The notes below the pieces were generated by a model. The model was not told the DNA's origin, made no database searches, and worked only from the letters and a program-made list of their open reading frames with translations. A stretch of DNA of 64,000 nt from Eledone cirrhosa (lineage: Eukaryota), in assembly GCA_964016885.1 (NCBI GenBank), contig OZ024740.1, positions 39,308,001 to 39,372,000 on the forward strand, given 5' to 3'. Positions within the stretch are counted from its first letter, which is position 1. Each line of letters begins with the position of its first letter. Below are positions 34,301 to 50,429 of the stretch, piece by piece. Position numbers and translations under genes: made by a program.

Positions 34301-37300
34301 GTTACAATACTGCTGTTATATAGTTACAATAATACTGTTATATATTTAAAATACTACACTATATAGTTACAATACTACTGTTATATAGTTACAATACTAC
34401 TGTTATATAGTTACAATACTACTGTTATATAGTTACAATACTACTGTTATATATAGTAACAATACTACTGTTATATAGTTACAATACTACACTATATATT
34501 TACGATACTACTGTTATATAGTTACAATACTACTGTTATATAGTTACAATACTACTGTTATATAGTTACAATACTACACTATATAGTTACAATACTACTG
34601 TTATATATTTACAATACTACACTATATAGTTACAATACTACTGTTATATAGTTACAATACTACCGTTATATAGTTAGCATACTACTGTTATATAGTTACA
34701 ATACTACTGTCATATAGTTACAATACTACACTATATAGTTACAATACTACACTATATAGTTACAATACTACTGTTATATAGTTAGAATACTACTGTTATA
34801 TATAGTTACAATACTACACTATATAGTTACAATACTACTGTTATATATTTACAATACTACACTATATAGTTACAATACTACTGTTATATAGTTACAATAC
34901 TACCGTTATATAGTTAGCATACTACTGTTATATAGTTACAATACTACTGTCATATAGTTACAATACTACACTATATAGTTACAATACTACACTATATAGT
35001 TACAATACTACTGTTATATAGTTACAATACTACTGTTATATATAGTTAGAATACTACAATATAGTTAAAATACTACACTATAAAGTTACAATACTACTGT
35101 TATATATAGTTACAATACTACTATATAGTAAAATACTACTGCTATATAGTTACAATACTACTGTTATATAGTTACAATACTACTGTTATATAGTTACAAT
35201 ACTACTGTTATATGGTTACAATACTACACTATATAGTTACAATACTACTGTTATATATAGTTACAATACTACTATATAGTAAAATACTACTGCTATATAG
35301 TTACAATACTACTGTTATATAGTTACAATACTACTGTTATATAGTTACAATACTATTGCTATATAGTTACAATACTACTGTTATATAGTTACAATACTAC
35401 TGTCATATAGTTACAATACTACTGTTATATAGTTACAATACTACTGTTATATAGTTACAATACTACTGTTACATATAGTTACAATATTACTGTCATATAG
35501 TTACAATACTACTGTGATATAGTTACAATACTACTGTTATATAGTTACAATACTACTGTTATATAGTTACAATACTACACTATATAGTTACAATACTACT
35601 GTTATATAGTTACAATACTACTGTTATATAGTTACAATTCTACACTATATAGTTACAATACTACTGTTATATAGTTACAATACTACACTATATATTTACA
35701 ATACTACTGTTATATAGTTACAATACTACAGTATATAGTTACAATACTACTGTTATATAGTTACAATACTACTGTTATATAGATACAATACTACTGTTAT
35801 AGAGTTAAAATACTACACTAATAATTACAATACTACTGTTATATAGTTACAATACTACACTATATAGTTACAATACTACTGTTATATAGTTACAATAATA
35901 CAGTATATAGTTACAATACTACTGTTATATAGTTACAATACTACTGTTATATAGATACAATACTACTGTTATATAGTTACAATACTACACTATATAGTTA
36001 CAATACTACTGTTATATAGTTACAATACTACTGTTATATAGTTACAATACTACTGTTATATAGTTACAATACTACTGTTATATAGTTACAATACTACTGT
36101 TATATATAGTTACAATACTACTGTTATATAGTTACAATACTACTGTTATATAGTTACAATACTACTGTTATATATAGTTACAATACTACTGTTATATAGT
36201 TACAATACTACTGCTATATAGTTACAATACTACACTATATAGTTACAATACTACTGTTATATAGTTACAATACTACTGTTATATAGTTACTATACTACTG
36301 TTATATAGTTACAATACTACTGTTACATATAGTTACAATACTACTGTCATATAGTTACAATCCTACTGTTATATAGTTACAATACTACTGTTATATAGTT
36401 ACAATACTACACTATAAAGTTACAATACTACTGTTATATAGTTACAATACTACCGTTATATGTAGTTACAATACTACTTTTATATATAGTTACAATACTG
36501 TTAAATAGTTACAATACTACTGTCATATAGTTACAATACTACTGTTATATAGTTACAATACTACATTATATACTTACAATACTACTGTTATATAGTTACA
36601 ATACTACACTATATAGTTACAATACTACTGTTATATAGTTACAATACTACTGTTATATAGTTACAATACTACTGTTATATAGTTACAATACTACCGTAAT
36701 ATATAGTTACAATACTACTGTTATATAGTTACAATACAACACTATATAGCTACAATACTACTAATATATAGTTACAATACTACTGTTATATAGTTACAAT
36801 ACTACTGTTTTTTAGTTACAATACTACACTATATAGTTACAATACTACTGTTATATAGTTACGATACTACACTATATAGTTACAATACTACTGTTATATG
36901 GTTACGATACTACTGTTATATAGTTACAATACTATACTATATAGTTACAATACTACCGTTATATAGTTACAATACTACACTATATAGTTATAATACCATT
37001 GTTAAATAGCTACAATACTACTGTTATATAGTTACAATACTACTGTTATATAGTTACAATACTACAATATATAGTTACATTACTACTGTTATATAGTAAC
37101 AATACTACTGTTATATAGTTACCATACTACTGTTATATTATTACAATACTACACTATATATTTACAATACTACTGTTATATAGTTACAATACTACTTTTA
37201 TATAGTTAAATATACTACTGTTATATAGTTACAATACTACACTATATAGTTACAATTCTACTGTTATATAGTTACAATACTACTGTTATAAAGTTACAAT

Positions 37301-38395
37301 ACTACTTTTATATAGTTAAATATACTAGTTATATAGTTACAATACTACACTATATAGTTACAATACCACAGTTATATAGTTACCATACTACTGTTATATA
37401 GTTACAATACTACTGTTATATAGTTACAATACTACTGTTATATAGTTACAATACTACACTATATAGTTATAATACTACTGTTATATAGTTACAATACTAC
37501 TGTTATATAGTTACAATACCACTGTTAAATACGTACAATATTACTGTTATATAGTTACAATACTACACTATATAGTTACAATACTACAGTTATATAGTTA
37601 CAATACTAGTGTTATATATAGTTACAACACTACTGTTATATAGTTACAATACTCACTGTTATATAGTTACAATGCTACTGTTATATAGTTACAATACTAC
37701 TGTTATATAGTTACATTACTACACTATATAGTTACAATACTACTGTTATATAGTTACAATACTACTGTTATATAGTTAAAATACTACACTATATAGTTAC
37801 AATACTACTGTTATATAGTTACAATACTACTGTTATATATTAACAATACTACTGTTATATATAGTTACGATACTACTGTTTTATAGATACAATACTACTG
37901 TTATATAGTTACAATAGTACACTATATATTTACAATACTGCTGTTATATAGTTACAATACTACACAATATAGTTACAATACTACTGTTATATAGTTACAA
38001 TACTAGTGTTATATATAGTTACAATACTACTGTTATATAGTTACAATACTACTGTTATATAGTTACAATACTACTGTTATATATAGTTACAATGCTACAC
38101 TATATAGTTACAATACTACAGCTATATAGTTACAATACTACTGTTATATAGTTACAATGCTACACTAGATAGTTACAATACTACTGCTATATAGTTATAA
38201 TACTACCGTCATATAGTTACAATACTACGCTATATAGTTACATTACTACTGTCATATAGTTACAATACTACTGTTATATAGTTACAATACTACACTATAT
38301 AGTTACAATACTACTGTTATATAGTTACAATACTACACTGTATAGTTACAATACTACTCTTATATAGTTACAAAACTACTGTTATATAGTTACAA
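30280..38395 (+). repeat. Dispersed duplication at offset 5843 (~30280-32545 and ~36120-38395)
   Basis: GTTTTTTAG 30964/36807, the C of AAATACGTAC 31689/37532 and ACTAGATAG 32321/38164 all have offset 5843. Confidence 0.87.
34560..35030 (+). repeat. Local 240-bp tandem duplication (about 11 monomers)
   Basis: The rare TAGTTAGCAT variant is at 34671 and 34911 with matching surrounding lines. Confidence 0.85.
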
Positions 38396-38699
38396 TACTA
38401 GACTATATAGTTACAATTCTGCTGTTATATAGTTACAATACTACACTATATAGTTACAATACTACTGTTATATAGTTACAATACTACTGTTATATAGTTA
38501 CAATAGTACACTATATAGTTACAATACTACTGTTATATAGTTACAATACTACACTATATAGTTACAATACTACTGTTATATATATTTACAATAATACTGT
38601 TATATAGTTACAATACTACACTATATAGTTACAATACTACTGTTATATAGTTACAATACTACACTATATAGTTACAATGCTTCTGTTATATAGTAACAA

Positions 38700-41600
38700 T
38701 ACTACTGTTATATAGTTACAATCCTACTGTTATATAGTTACAATACTACTGTTATATATTGTTACAATACTACTGTTATATAGTTACAATACTACTGTTA
38801 TATAGTTACAATACTACTGTTATATAGTTACAATACTACTGTTATATAGTTACAATACTACACTATATAGTTACAATACTACATTATATAGTTACATTAC
38901 TACTGTTATATAGTTACAATACTACTGTTATATAGTTACAATACTACTGTTATATAGTCACAATACTACTGTTATATAGTTACAATACTACTGTTATATA
39001 GTTACAATACTACCATTATATAGTTACAATACTAGTGTTATATAGTTGCAATACTACACTATATAGTTACAATACTACTGTTATATAGTTACAATACTAC
39101 TGTTATATAGTTACAATACTACCGTTATATAGTTACAATACTACTGTTATATAGTTAAAATACTACAGTATATATTTACAATACTTCCATTATATAGTTA
39201 CCATACTACTGTTATATAGTTACAATACTACTGTCATATAGTTACAATACTACACGATATAGTTACAATACTACACTATATAGTTACAATACTACTGTTA
39301 TATAGTTAGAATACTACTGTTATATGTAGTTACAATACTACACTATATAGTTACAATACTACTGTTATATAGTTACAATACTACTGTTATATAGTTACAA
39401 TACTACTGTTATATATAGTTACAATACTACTATATAGTTAAAATGCTACTGCTATATAGTTGCAATACTACTGATATATAGTTACAATACTACTGTTATA
39501 TAGTTGCAATACTACTGTTATATAGTTACAATACTACTGTTATATATAGTTACAATACTACTATATAGTTAAATACTACTGCTATATAGTTATAGTACTA
39601 CTGTTATATAGTTACAATACTACTGTTATATAGTTACAATACTACTGTTATATAGTTACAATACTACTGTTATATAGTTACAATACTACTGTTACATATA
39701 GTTACAATACTACTGTCATATAGTTACAATACTACTGTTATATAGTTACAATACTACTGTTATATAGTTACAATACTACTGTTATATAGTTACAATACTA
39801 CACTATATAGTTACAATACTACTGTTATATAGTTACAATACTACTGTTATATAGTTACAATACTACTGTTATATAGTTACAATACTACACTATATAGTTA
39901 CAATACTACTGTTATATAGTTACAAAACTACTGTTATATAGTTACAATACTACTGTTATATAGTTACAATACTACACTATATAGTTACAATACTACTGCT
40001 ATATAGTTACAATACTATTGTCATATAGTTACAATACTACTGTTATATAGTTACAATACTATTGCTATATAGTTACAATACTACTGTTATATAGTTACAA
40101 TACTACTGTTATATAGTTACAATACTACTGTTATATAGTTACAATACTACTGTTATATAGTTACAATACTACTGTTATATAGTTACAATACTACACTATA
40201 TAGTTACAATACTACTGTTATATGGTTACAATACTACTGTTATATAGTTACGATACTACTTTTATATAGTTACAATACTACTGTTACATATAGTTACAAT
40301 ACTAATGTCATATAGTTACAATACTACTGTTATATAGTTACAATACTACTGTTATATAGTTACAATACTACTGTTATATAGTTACAATACTACACTATAT
40401 AGTTATAATACTACTGTTATATAGTTACGATACTACACTATATAGTTACAATACTACTGTTATATAGTTACAATACTACTGTTATATAGTTACAATACTA
40501 CTGTTATATAGTTACAATACTACTGTTATATATTTACAATACTACACTATGTAGTTACAATACTACTGTTATATAGTTACAATACTACTGTTATATATAG
40601 TTACAATACTACTGTTATATAGTTACAATACTACTGTTATATAGATACAATACTACTGTTATATATAGTTACAATACAACTGTTATATAGTTACAATACA
40701 ACTGTTATATAGCTACAATACTACTGTTATATAGATACAATACTACTGTTATATAGATACAATACTACTGTTATATAGTTACAATACTACTGTTATATAG
40801 TTACAATACTACTGTTATATAGTAACAATACTACACTATATAGTTACAATGCTACTGTTATATAGTTACAATACTACTGTTATATAGTTACAATACTACT
40901 GTTATATATAGTTACAATACTACTGTTATATAGTTACAATACTACTGTTATATATAGTTACAATACTACTGTTATATAGTTACAATACTACTGTTATATA
41001 GTTACGATACTACTGTTATATAGTTACAATACTACCCTTATATAGTTACAATACTACTGTTATATAGTTACAATACTACTGTTATATAGTTACAATACTA
41101 CACTATATAGTTACAATACTACTGTTATATAGTTACAATACTACTGTTATATAGTTACAATACTACTGTTATATAGTTACAATACTACTGTTATATAGTT
41201 ACAATACTACTGTCATATAGTTACAATACTACTGTTATATAGTTACAATACTGCTGTTATATAGTTACAATACTACTGTTATATATTTACAATACTACAC
41301 TATATAGTTACAATACTACTGTTATATAGTTACAATACTACTGTTATATAGTTACAATACTACTGTTATATAGTTACAATACTACTGTTATATATAGTTA
41401 CAATACTACTGTTATATAGTTACAATATTACACTATATATTTACGATACTACTGTTATATAGTTACAATACTACTGTTATATAGTTACAATACTACTGTT
41501 ATATAGTTACAATACTACACTATATAGTTACAATACTACTGTTATATATTTACAATACTACACTATATAGTTACAATACTACTGTTATATAGTTACAATA

Positions 41601-44600
41601 CTACTGGTGTATAGTTACAATGCTACACTATATAGTTACAAAACTACTTTTATATAGTTACAATACTACTGTTATATAGTTACAATACTACTGTTATATA
41701 GTTACAATACTACACTATATAGTTACAATACTACTGTTATATAGGTACAGTACTACTGTTATATAGTTACAATACTACTGCTGTATAGTTACAATACTAC
41801 TGTTATATATAGTTACAATACTACTGTTATATAGTTACAATACTACTGTTATATAGTTACAATACTACTGTTATATTGTTACAATACTACTGTTATATAG
41901 TTACAATACTATTGTTATATAGTTACCTTACTGCACTATATAGTTACAATACTACTGTTATATAGTTACAATACTACACTACATAGTTACAATACTACAG
42001 TTAGATAGTTACAATACTACTGTTATATAGTTACAATACTACACTATATAGATATAATACTACTGTTATATAGTTACGATACTACACTATATAGTTACAA
42101 TACTACTGTTATATAGTTACAATACTACACTATATAGTTACAATACTACTGTTATATAGTTACAATACTACTGTTATATAGTTACAATACTACTGTTATA
42201 TAGTTACAATACTACTGTTATATAGTTACAATACTACACTATATAGTTACAATACTACTGCTATATAGTTACAATACTACTGTTATATAGTTACAATACT
42301 ACTGTTATATATAGTTACAATACTACTGTTATATAGTTACAATACTACACTATATAGTTACAATATTACTGTTATATAGTTACAATACTACACTATATAG
42401 TTACAATATTACTCTTATATAGTTACTATACTACTGTAATATAGTTACAATATCACTGTTATATATAGTTACAATGCCACACTATATAGTTACAGTACTA
42501 CTGCTATATAGTTACAAGGCTACACTATATAGTTACAATACTACTGTTATGTAGTTACAATACTACACTATATAGTTACATTACTACTGTTATATAGTTA
42601 CAATACTACACTATGTAGTTACAATACTACACTATATACTTAGATTACTACTGTTATATAGTTACAATACTACTGTTATATAGTTACAATACTACTGTTG
42701 TATAGTTACAATGCTACACAATAGTGTTACAATACTACTTTTATATAGTTACAATACTACTGTTATATAGTTACAATACTACTGTTATATAGTTACAATA
42801 CTACACTATATAGTTACAATACTACTGTTATATAGTTACAGTACTACTGTTATATAGTTACAATACTACTGTTGTATAGTTACAATACTACTGTTATATA
42901 TAGTTACAATACTACTGTTATATAGTTACAATACTACTGTTATATAGTTACAATACTACTGTTATATTGTTACAATACTACTGTTATATAGTTACAATAC
43001 TATTGTTATATAGTTACGTTACTACACTATAGAGTTACAATACTACTGTTATATAGTTACAATACTACTGTTATATAGTTACAATACTACACTATATAGT
43101 TACAATACTACTGTTATATAGTTACAATACTACTGTTATATTGTTACAATACTACTGTTATGTAGTTACAATACGACTGTTATATATTTACAATACTACA
43201 TTATATAGTTACAATACTACTGTTATATAGTTACAATACAACTGTTATATAGTTACAATACTACTGTTATTTAGTTACAATACTACACTATATAGTTACA
43301 ATACTACTGTTATATATTTACAATACTACACTATATAGTTACAATACTACTGTTATATAGATACAATACTACTGTTATATAGTTACAATACTACACTATA
43401 TAGTTACAATACTACTGTTATATAGTTACAATACTACTGTTATATAGTTACAATCCTACTGTTATATAGTTACAATACTACTGTTATATATTGTTACAAT
43501 ACTACTGTTATATAGTTACAATACTACTGTTATATAGTTACAATACTACTGTTATATAGTTACAATACTACTGTTATATAGTTACAATACTACACTATAT
43601 AGTTACAATACTACATTATATAGTTACATTACTACTGTTATATAGTTACAATACTACTGTTATATAGTTACAATACTACTGTTATATAGTCACAATACTA
43701 CTGTTATATAGTTACAATACTACTGTTATATAGTTACAATACTACCATTATATAGTTACAATACTAGTGTTATATAGTTGCAATACTACACTATATAGTT
43801 ACAATACTACTGTTATATAGTTACAATACTACTGTTATATAGTTACAATACTACCGTTATATAGTTACAATACTACTGTTATATAGTTAAAATACTACAG
43901 TATATATTTACAATACTTCCATTATATAGTTACCATACTACTGTTATATAGTTACAATACTACTGTCATATAGTTACAATACTACACGATATAGTTACAA
44001 TACTACACTATATAGTTACAATACTACTGTTATATAGTTAGAATACTACTGTTATATGTAGTTACAATACTACACTATATAGTTACAATACTACTGTTAT
44101 ATAGTTACAATACTACTGTTATATAGTTACAATACTACTGTTATATATAGTTACAATACTACTATATAGTTAAAATGCTACTGCTATATAGTTGCAATAC
44201 TACTGATATATAGTTACAATACTACTGTTATATAGTTGCAATACTACTGTTATATAGTTACAATACTACTGTTATATATAGTTACAATACTACTATATAG
44301 TTAAATACTACTGCTATATAGTTATAATACTACTGTTATATAGTTACAATACTACTGTTATATAGTTACAATACTACTGTTATATAGTTACAATACTACT
44401 GTTATATAGTTACAATACTACTGTTACATATAGTTACAATACTACTGTCATATAGTTACAATACTACTGTTATATAGTTACAATACTACTGTTATATAGT
44501 TACAATACTACTGTTATATAGTTACAATACTACACTATATAGTTACAATACTACTGTTATATAGTTACAATACTACTGTTATATAGTTACAATACTACTG

Positions 44601-47600
44601 TTATATAGTTACAATACTACACTATATAGTTACAATACTACTGTTATATAGTTACAATACTACTGTTATATAGTAACAATACTACACTATATAGTTACAA
44701 TACTACTGTTATATAGTTACAATACTACACTATATAGTTACAATACTACTGCTATATAGTTACAATACTATTGTCATATAGTTACAATACTACTGTTATA
44801 TAGTTACAATACTATTGCTATATAGTTACAATACTACTGTTATATAGTTACAATACTACTGTTATATAGTTACAATACTACTGTTATATAGTTACAATAC
44901 TACTGTTATATAGTTACAATACTACTGTTATATAGTTACAATACTACACTATATAGTTACAATACTACTGTTATATGGTTACAATACTACTGTTATATAG
45001 TTACGATACTACTTTTATATAGTTACAATACTACTGTTACATATAGTTACAATACTAATGTCATATAGTTACAATACTACTGTTATATAGTTACAATACT
45101 ACTGTTATATAGTTACAATACTACTGTTATATAGTTACAATACTACACTATATAGTTACAATACTACTGTTATATAGTTACAATACTACTGTTATATAGT
45201 TACAATACTACTGTTATATAGTTACAATACTACTGTTATATATTTACAATACTACACTATGTAGTTACAATACTACTGTTATATAGTTACAATACTACTG
45301 TTATATATAGTTACAATACTACTGTTATATAGTTACAATACTACTGTTATATAGATACAATACTACTGTTATATATAGTTACAATACAACTGTTATATAG
45401 TTACAATACAACTGTTATATAGCTACAATACTACTGTTATATAGATACAATACTACTGTTATATAGATACAATACTACTGTTATATAGTTACAATACTAC
45501 TGTTATATAGTTACAATACTACTGTTATATAGTAACAATACTACACTATATAGTTACAATGCTACTGTTATATAGTTACAATACTACTGTTATATAGTTA
45601 CAATACTACTGTTATATATAGTTACAATACTACTGTTATATAGTTACAATACTACTGTTATATATAGTTACAATACTACTGTTATATAGTTACAATACTA
45701 CTGTTATATAGTTACGATACTACTGTTATATAGTTACAATACTACCCTTATATAGTTACAATACTACTGTTATATAGTTACAATACTACTGTTATATAGT
45801 TACAATACTACACTATATAGTTACAATACTACTGTTATATAGTTACAATACTACACTATATAGTTACAATACTACTGTTATATAGTTACAATACTACTGT
45901 TATATAGTTACAATACTACTGTTATATAGTTACAATACTACTGTTATATAGTTACAATACTACTGTCATATAGTTACAATACTACTGTTATATAGTTACA
46001 ATACTGCTGTTATATAGTTACAATACTACTGTTATATATTTACAATACTACACTATATAGTTACAATACTACTGTTATATAGTTACAATACTACTGTTAT
46101 ATAGTTACAATACTACTGTTATATAGTTACAATACTACTGTTATATATAGTTACAATACTACTGTTATATAGTTACAATATTACACTATATATTTACGAT
46201 ACTACTGTTATATAGTTACAATACTACTGTTATATAGTTACAATACTACTGTTATATAGTTACAATACTACACTATATAGTTACAATACTACTGTTATAT
46301 ATTTACAATACTACACTATATAGTTACAATACTACTGTTATATAGTTACAATACTACTGGTGTATAGTTACAATGCTACACTATATAGTTACAAAACTAC
46401 TTTTATATAGTTACAATACTACTGTTATATAGTTACAATACTACTGTTATATAGTTACAATACTACACTATATAGTTACAATACTACTGTTATATAGGTA
46501 CAGTACTACTGTTATATAGTTACAATACTACTGCTGTATAGTTACAATACTACTGTTATATATAGTTACAATACTACTGTTATATAGTTACAATACTACT
46601 GTTATATAGTTACAATACTACTGTTATATTGTTACAATACTACTGTTATATAGTTACAATACTATTGTTATATAGTTACCTTACTGCACTATATAGTTAC
46701 AATACTACTGTTATATAGTTACAATACTACACTACATAGTTACAATACTACAGTTAGATAGTTACAATACTACTGTTATATAGTTACAATACTACACTAT
46801 ATAGATATAATACTACTGTTATATAGTTACGATACTACACTATATAGTTACAATACTACTGTTATATAGTTACAATACTACACTATATAGTTACAATACT
46901 ACTGTTATATAGTTACAATACTACTGTTATATAGTTACAATACTACTGTTATATAGTTACAATACTACTGTTATATAGTTACAATACTACACTATATAGT
47001 TACAATACTACTGCTATATAGTTACAATACTACTGTTATATAGTTACAATACTACTGTTATATATAGTTACAATACTACTGTTATATAGTTACAATACTA
47101 CACTATATAGTTACAATATTACTGTTATATAGTTACAATACTACACTATATAGTTACAATATTACTCTTATATAGTTACTATACTACTGTAATATAGTTA
47201 CAATATCACTGTTATATATAGTTACAATGCCACACTATATAGTTACAGTACTACTGCTATATAGTTACAAGGCTACACTATATAGTTACAATACTACTGT
47301 TATGTAGTTACAATACTACACTATATAGTTACATTACTACTGTTATATAGTTACAATACTACACTATGTAGTTACAATACTACACTATATACTTAGATTA
47401 CTACTGTTATATAGTTACAATACTACTGTTATATAGTTACAATACTACTGTTGTATAGTTACAATGCTACACAATAGTGTTACAATACTACTTTTATATA
47501 GTTACAATACTACTGTTATATAGTTACAATACTACTGTTATATAGTTACAATACTACACTATATAGTTACAATACTACTGTTATATAGTTACAGTACTAC

Positions 47601-48207
47601 TGTTATATAGTTACAATACTACTGTTGTATAGTTACAATACTACTGTTATATATAGTTACAATACTACTGTTATATAGTTACAATACTACTGTTATATAG
47701 TTACAATACTACTGTTATATTGTTACAATACTACTGTTATATAGTTACAATACTATTGTTATATAGTTACGTTACTACACTATAGAGTTACAATACTACT
47801 GTTATATAGTTACAATACTACTGTTATATAGTTACAATACTACACTATATAGTTACAATACTACTGTTATATAGTTACAATACTACTGTTATATTGTTAC
47901 AATACTACTGTTATGTAGTTACAATACGACTGTTATATATTTACAATACTACATTATATAGTTACAATACTACTGTTATATAGTTACAATACAACTGTTA
48001 TATAGTTACAATACTACTGTTATTTAGTTACAATACTACACTATATAGTTACAATACTACTGTTATATATTTACAATACTACACTATATAGTTACAATAC
48101 TACTGTTATATAGATACAATACTACTGTTATATAGTTACAATACTACACTATATAGTTACAATACTACTGTTATATAGTTACAATACTACTGTTATATAG
48201 TTACAAT
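38700..48207 (+). repeat. Head-to-tail duplication of about 4.74 kb (~38700-43450 and ~43430-48207)
   Basis: The CC of AATCCTAC (38723/43455) and the CC of TACTTCCAT (39187/43919) have offset 4732. The GG of AAGGCTAC (42518/47271) and ATAGTGTTAC (42721/47474) have offset 4753. Confidence 0.92.
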
Positions 48208-49845
48208 ACCACTGTTAAATTGGTACAATATTACTGTTATATAGTTACAATACTACACTATATAGTTACAATACTACTGTTATATTGTTACAATACTACT
48301 GTTATGTAGTTACAATACTACTGTTACATGGTTACAATACTACTGTTATATAGTTACAATACTACACTATATAGTTACAATACTACTGTTATATAGTTAC
48401 AATACTACACTATATAGTTACAATACTACTGTTATATAGTTACAATAATACTGTTATATATAGTTACAATACTACTGTTATATAGTTACAATACTACTGT
48501 TATATAGATACAATACTACTGTTATATAGTTACAATACTACACTATATAGTTACAATACTACACTATATAGTTACAATACTACTGCTATATAGTTACAAT
48601 ACTACTGTTATATAGTTACAATACTACTGTTGTATAGTTACAATACTACTGTTATATATAGTTACAATACTACTGTTATATAGTTACAATACTACTGTTA
48701 TATAGTTACAATACTACTGTTATATTGTTACAATACTACTGTTATATAGTTACAATACTATTGTTATATAGTTACGTTACTACACTATATAGTTACAATA
48801 CTACTGTTATATAGTTACAATACTACTGTTATATAGTTACAATACTACACTCTATAGTTACAATACTACTGTTATATAGTTACAATAATACAGTATATAG
48901 TTACAATACTACTGTTATATAGTTACAATACTACTGTTATATATAGTTACAATACTACTGTTATATAGTTACAATACTACTGTTATATAGATACAATACT
49001 ACTGTTATATATAGTTACAATACAACTGTTATATAGTTACAATACTACTGTTATATAGATACAATACTACTGTTATATATAGTTACAATACTACTGTTAT
49101 ATAGTTACAATACTACTGTTATATAGCTACAATACTACTGTTATATAGATACAATACTACTGTTATATAGTTACAATACTACTGTTATATAGTTACAATA
49201 CTACTGTTATATAGTTACAATACTACTGTTATATAGTTACAATACTACACTGTATAGTTACAATACTACTGTTATATAGTTACAATACTACACTATATAG
49301 TTACAATACTACTGTTATATAGTTACAATACTACTGTTATATAGTTACAATACTACTTTTACATAGTTACAATACTACTGTTATATATAGTTACAATACT
49401 ACTGTTATATAGTTACAAACCTACTGTTATATATAGTTACGATACTACTGTTATATAGTTACAATACTACCCTTATATAGTTACAATACTACTGTTATAT
49501 AGTTACAATACTACTGTTATATAGTTACAATACTACACTATATAGTTACAATACTACTGTTATATAGTTACAATACTACACTATATAGTTACAATACTAC
49601 TGTTATATAGTTACAATACTACTGTTATATAGTTACAATACTACTGTTATATAGTTACAATACTACTGTTATATAGTTACAATACTACTGTTATATAGTT
49701 ACAATACTACTGTCATATAGTTACAATACTACTGTTATATAATTACAATACTGCTGTTATATAGTTACAATACTACTGTTATATAGTTACAATACTACTG
49801 TTATATAGTTACAATACTACTGTTATATAGTTACAATACTACTGT

Positions 49846-50429
49846 TATAGTGTAGTATTGTAACTATATAACAGTAGTATTGTAACTATATAACAGTAGT
49901 ATTGTAACTATATAGTGTAGTATTGTAACTATATAACAGTAGTATTGTAACTATATAGTGTAGCATTGTAACTACATAACAGTAGTATTGTAACTATATA
50001 GCAGTAGTATTGTAACTATATACTGTAGCATTGTAACTATATATAACAGTGATATTGTAACTATATAACAGTAGTATTGTAACTATATAACAGTAGTATT
50101 GTAACTATATAACAGTAGTATTGTAACTATATAGTGTAGTATTGTAACTGTATAACTGTAGTATTGTAACTATAAAACAGTAGTATTGTAACTATATAAC
50201 ACCAGTATTGTAACTTTATAACAGTAGTATTGTAACTATATGATAGTAGTATTATAACTATATAACAGTAGTATTGTAACTATATAGTGTAGCATTGTAA
50301 CTATATAACAGTAGTATTGTAACTATATAACAGTAGTATTGTAACTTTATAACAGTAGTATTGTAACTATATATAACAGTAGTATGGTAACTATATAACA
50401 GTAGTATGGTAACTATATAACAGTAGTAT
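49846..50429 (-). repeat. Inverted block of the same satellite (about 27 monomers)
   Basis: The sequence switches to GTAACTATATAACAGTAGTATT / GTAACTATATAGTGTAGTATT, the exact reverse complements of the 22- and 21-mers. Left junction ACTGT-TATA-GTGTAG, right junction CAGTAGT-AT-AGGTAC. Confidence 0.98.

Larger units (their letters stand above)
1..49849 (+). repeat. Satellite DNA array, forward orientation; 22-bp consensus AATACTACTGTTATATAGTTAC with 21-bp (…ACTACACTATATAG…) and 24-bp (+TA) variants
   Basis: Uninterrupted head-to-tail monomers from base 1 to the TATA at 49846-49849, with no unique sequence seen. The array begins before the window. Confidence 0.99.

Noticed and set aside
49846-50429. 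MITE/transposon insertion or site-specific invertible phase switch
   Set aside because: The content is pure satellite. There is no target-site duplication, no distinct terminal inverted repeats or recombinase sites, and no recombinase gene in the window.
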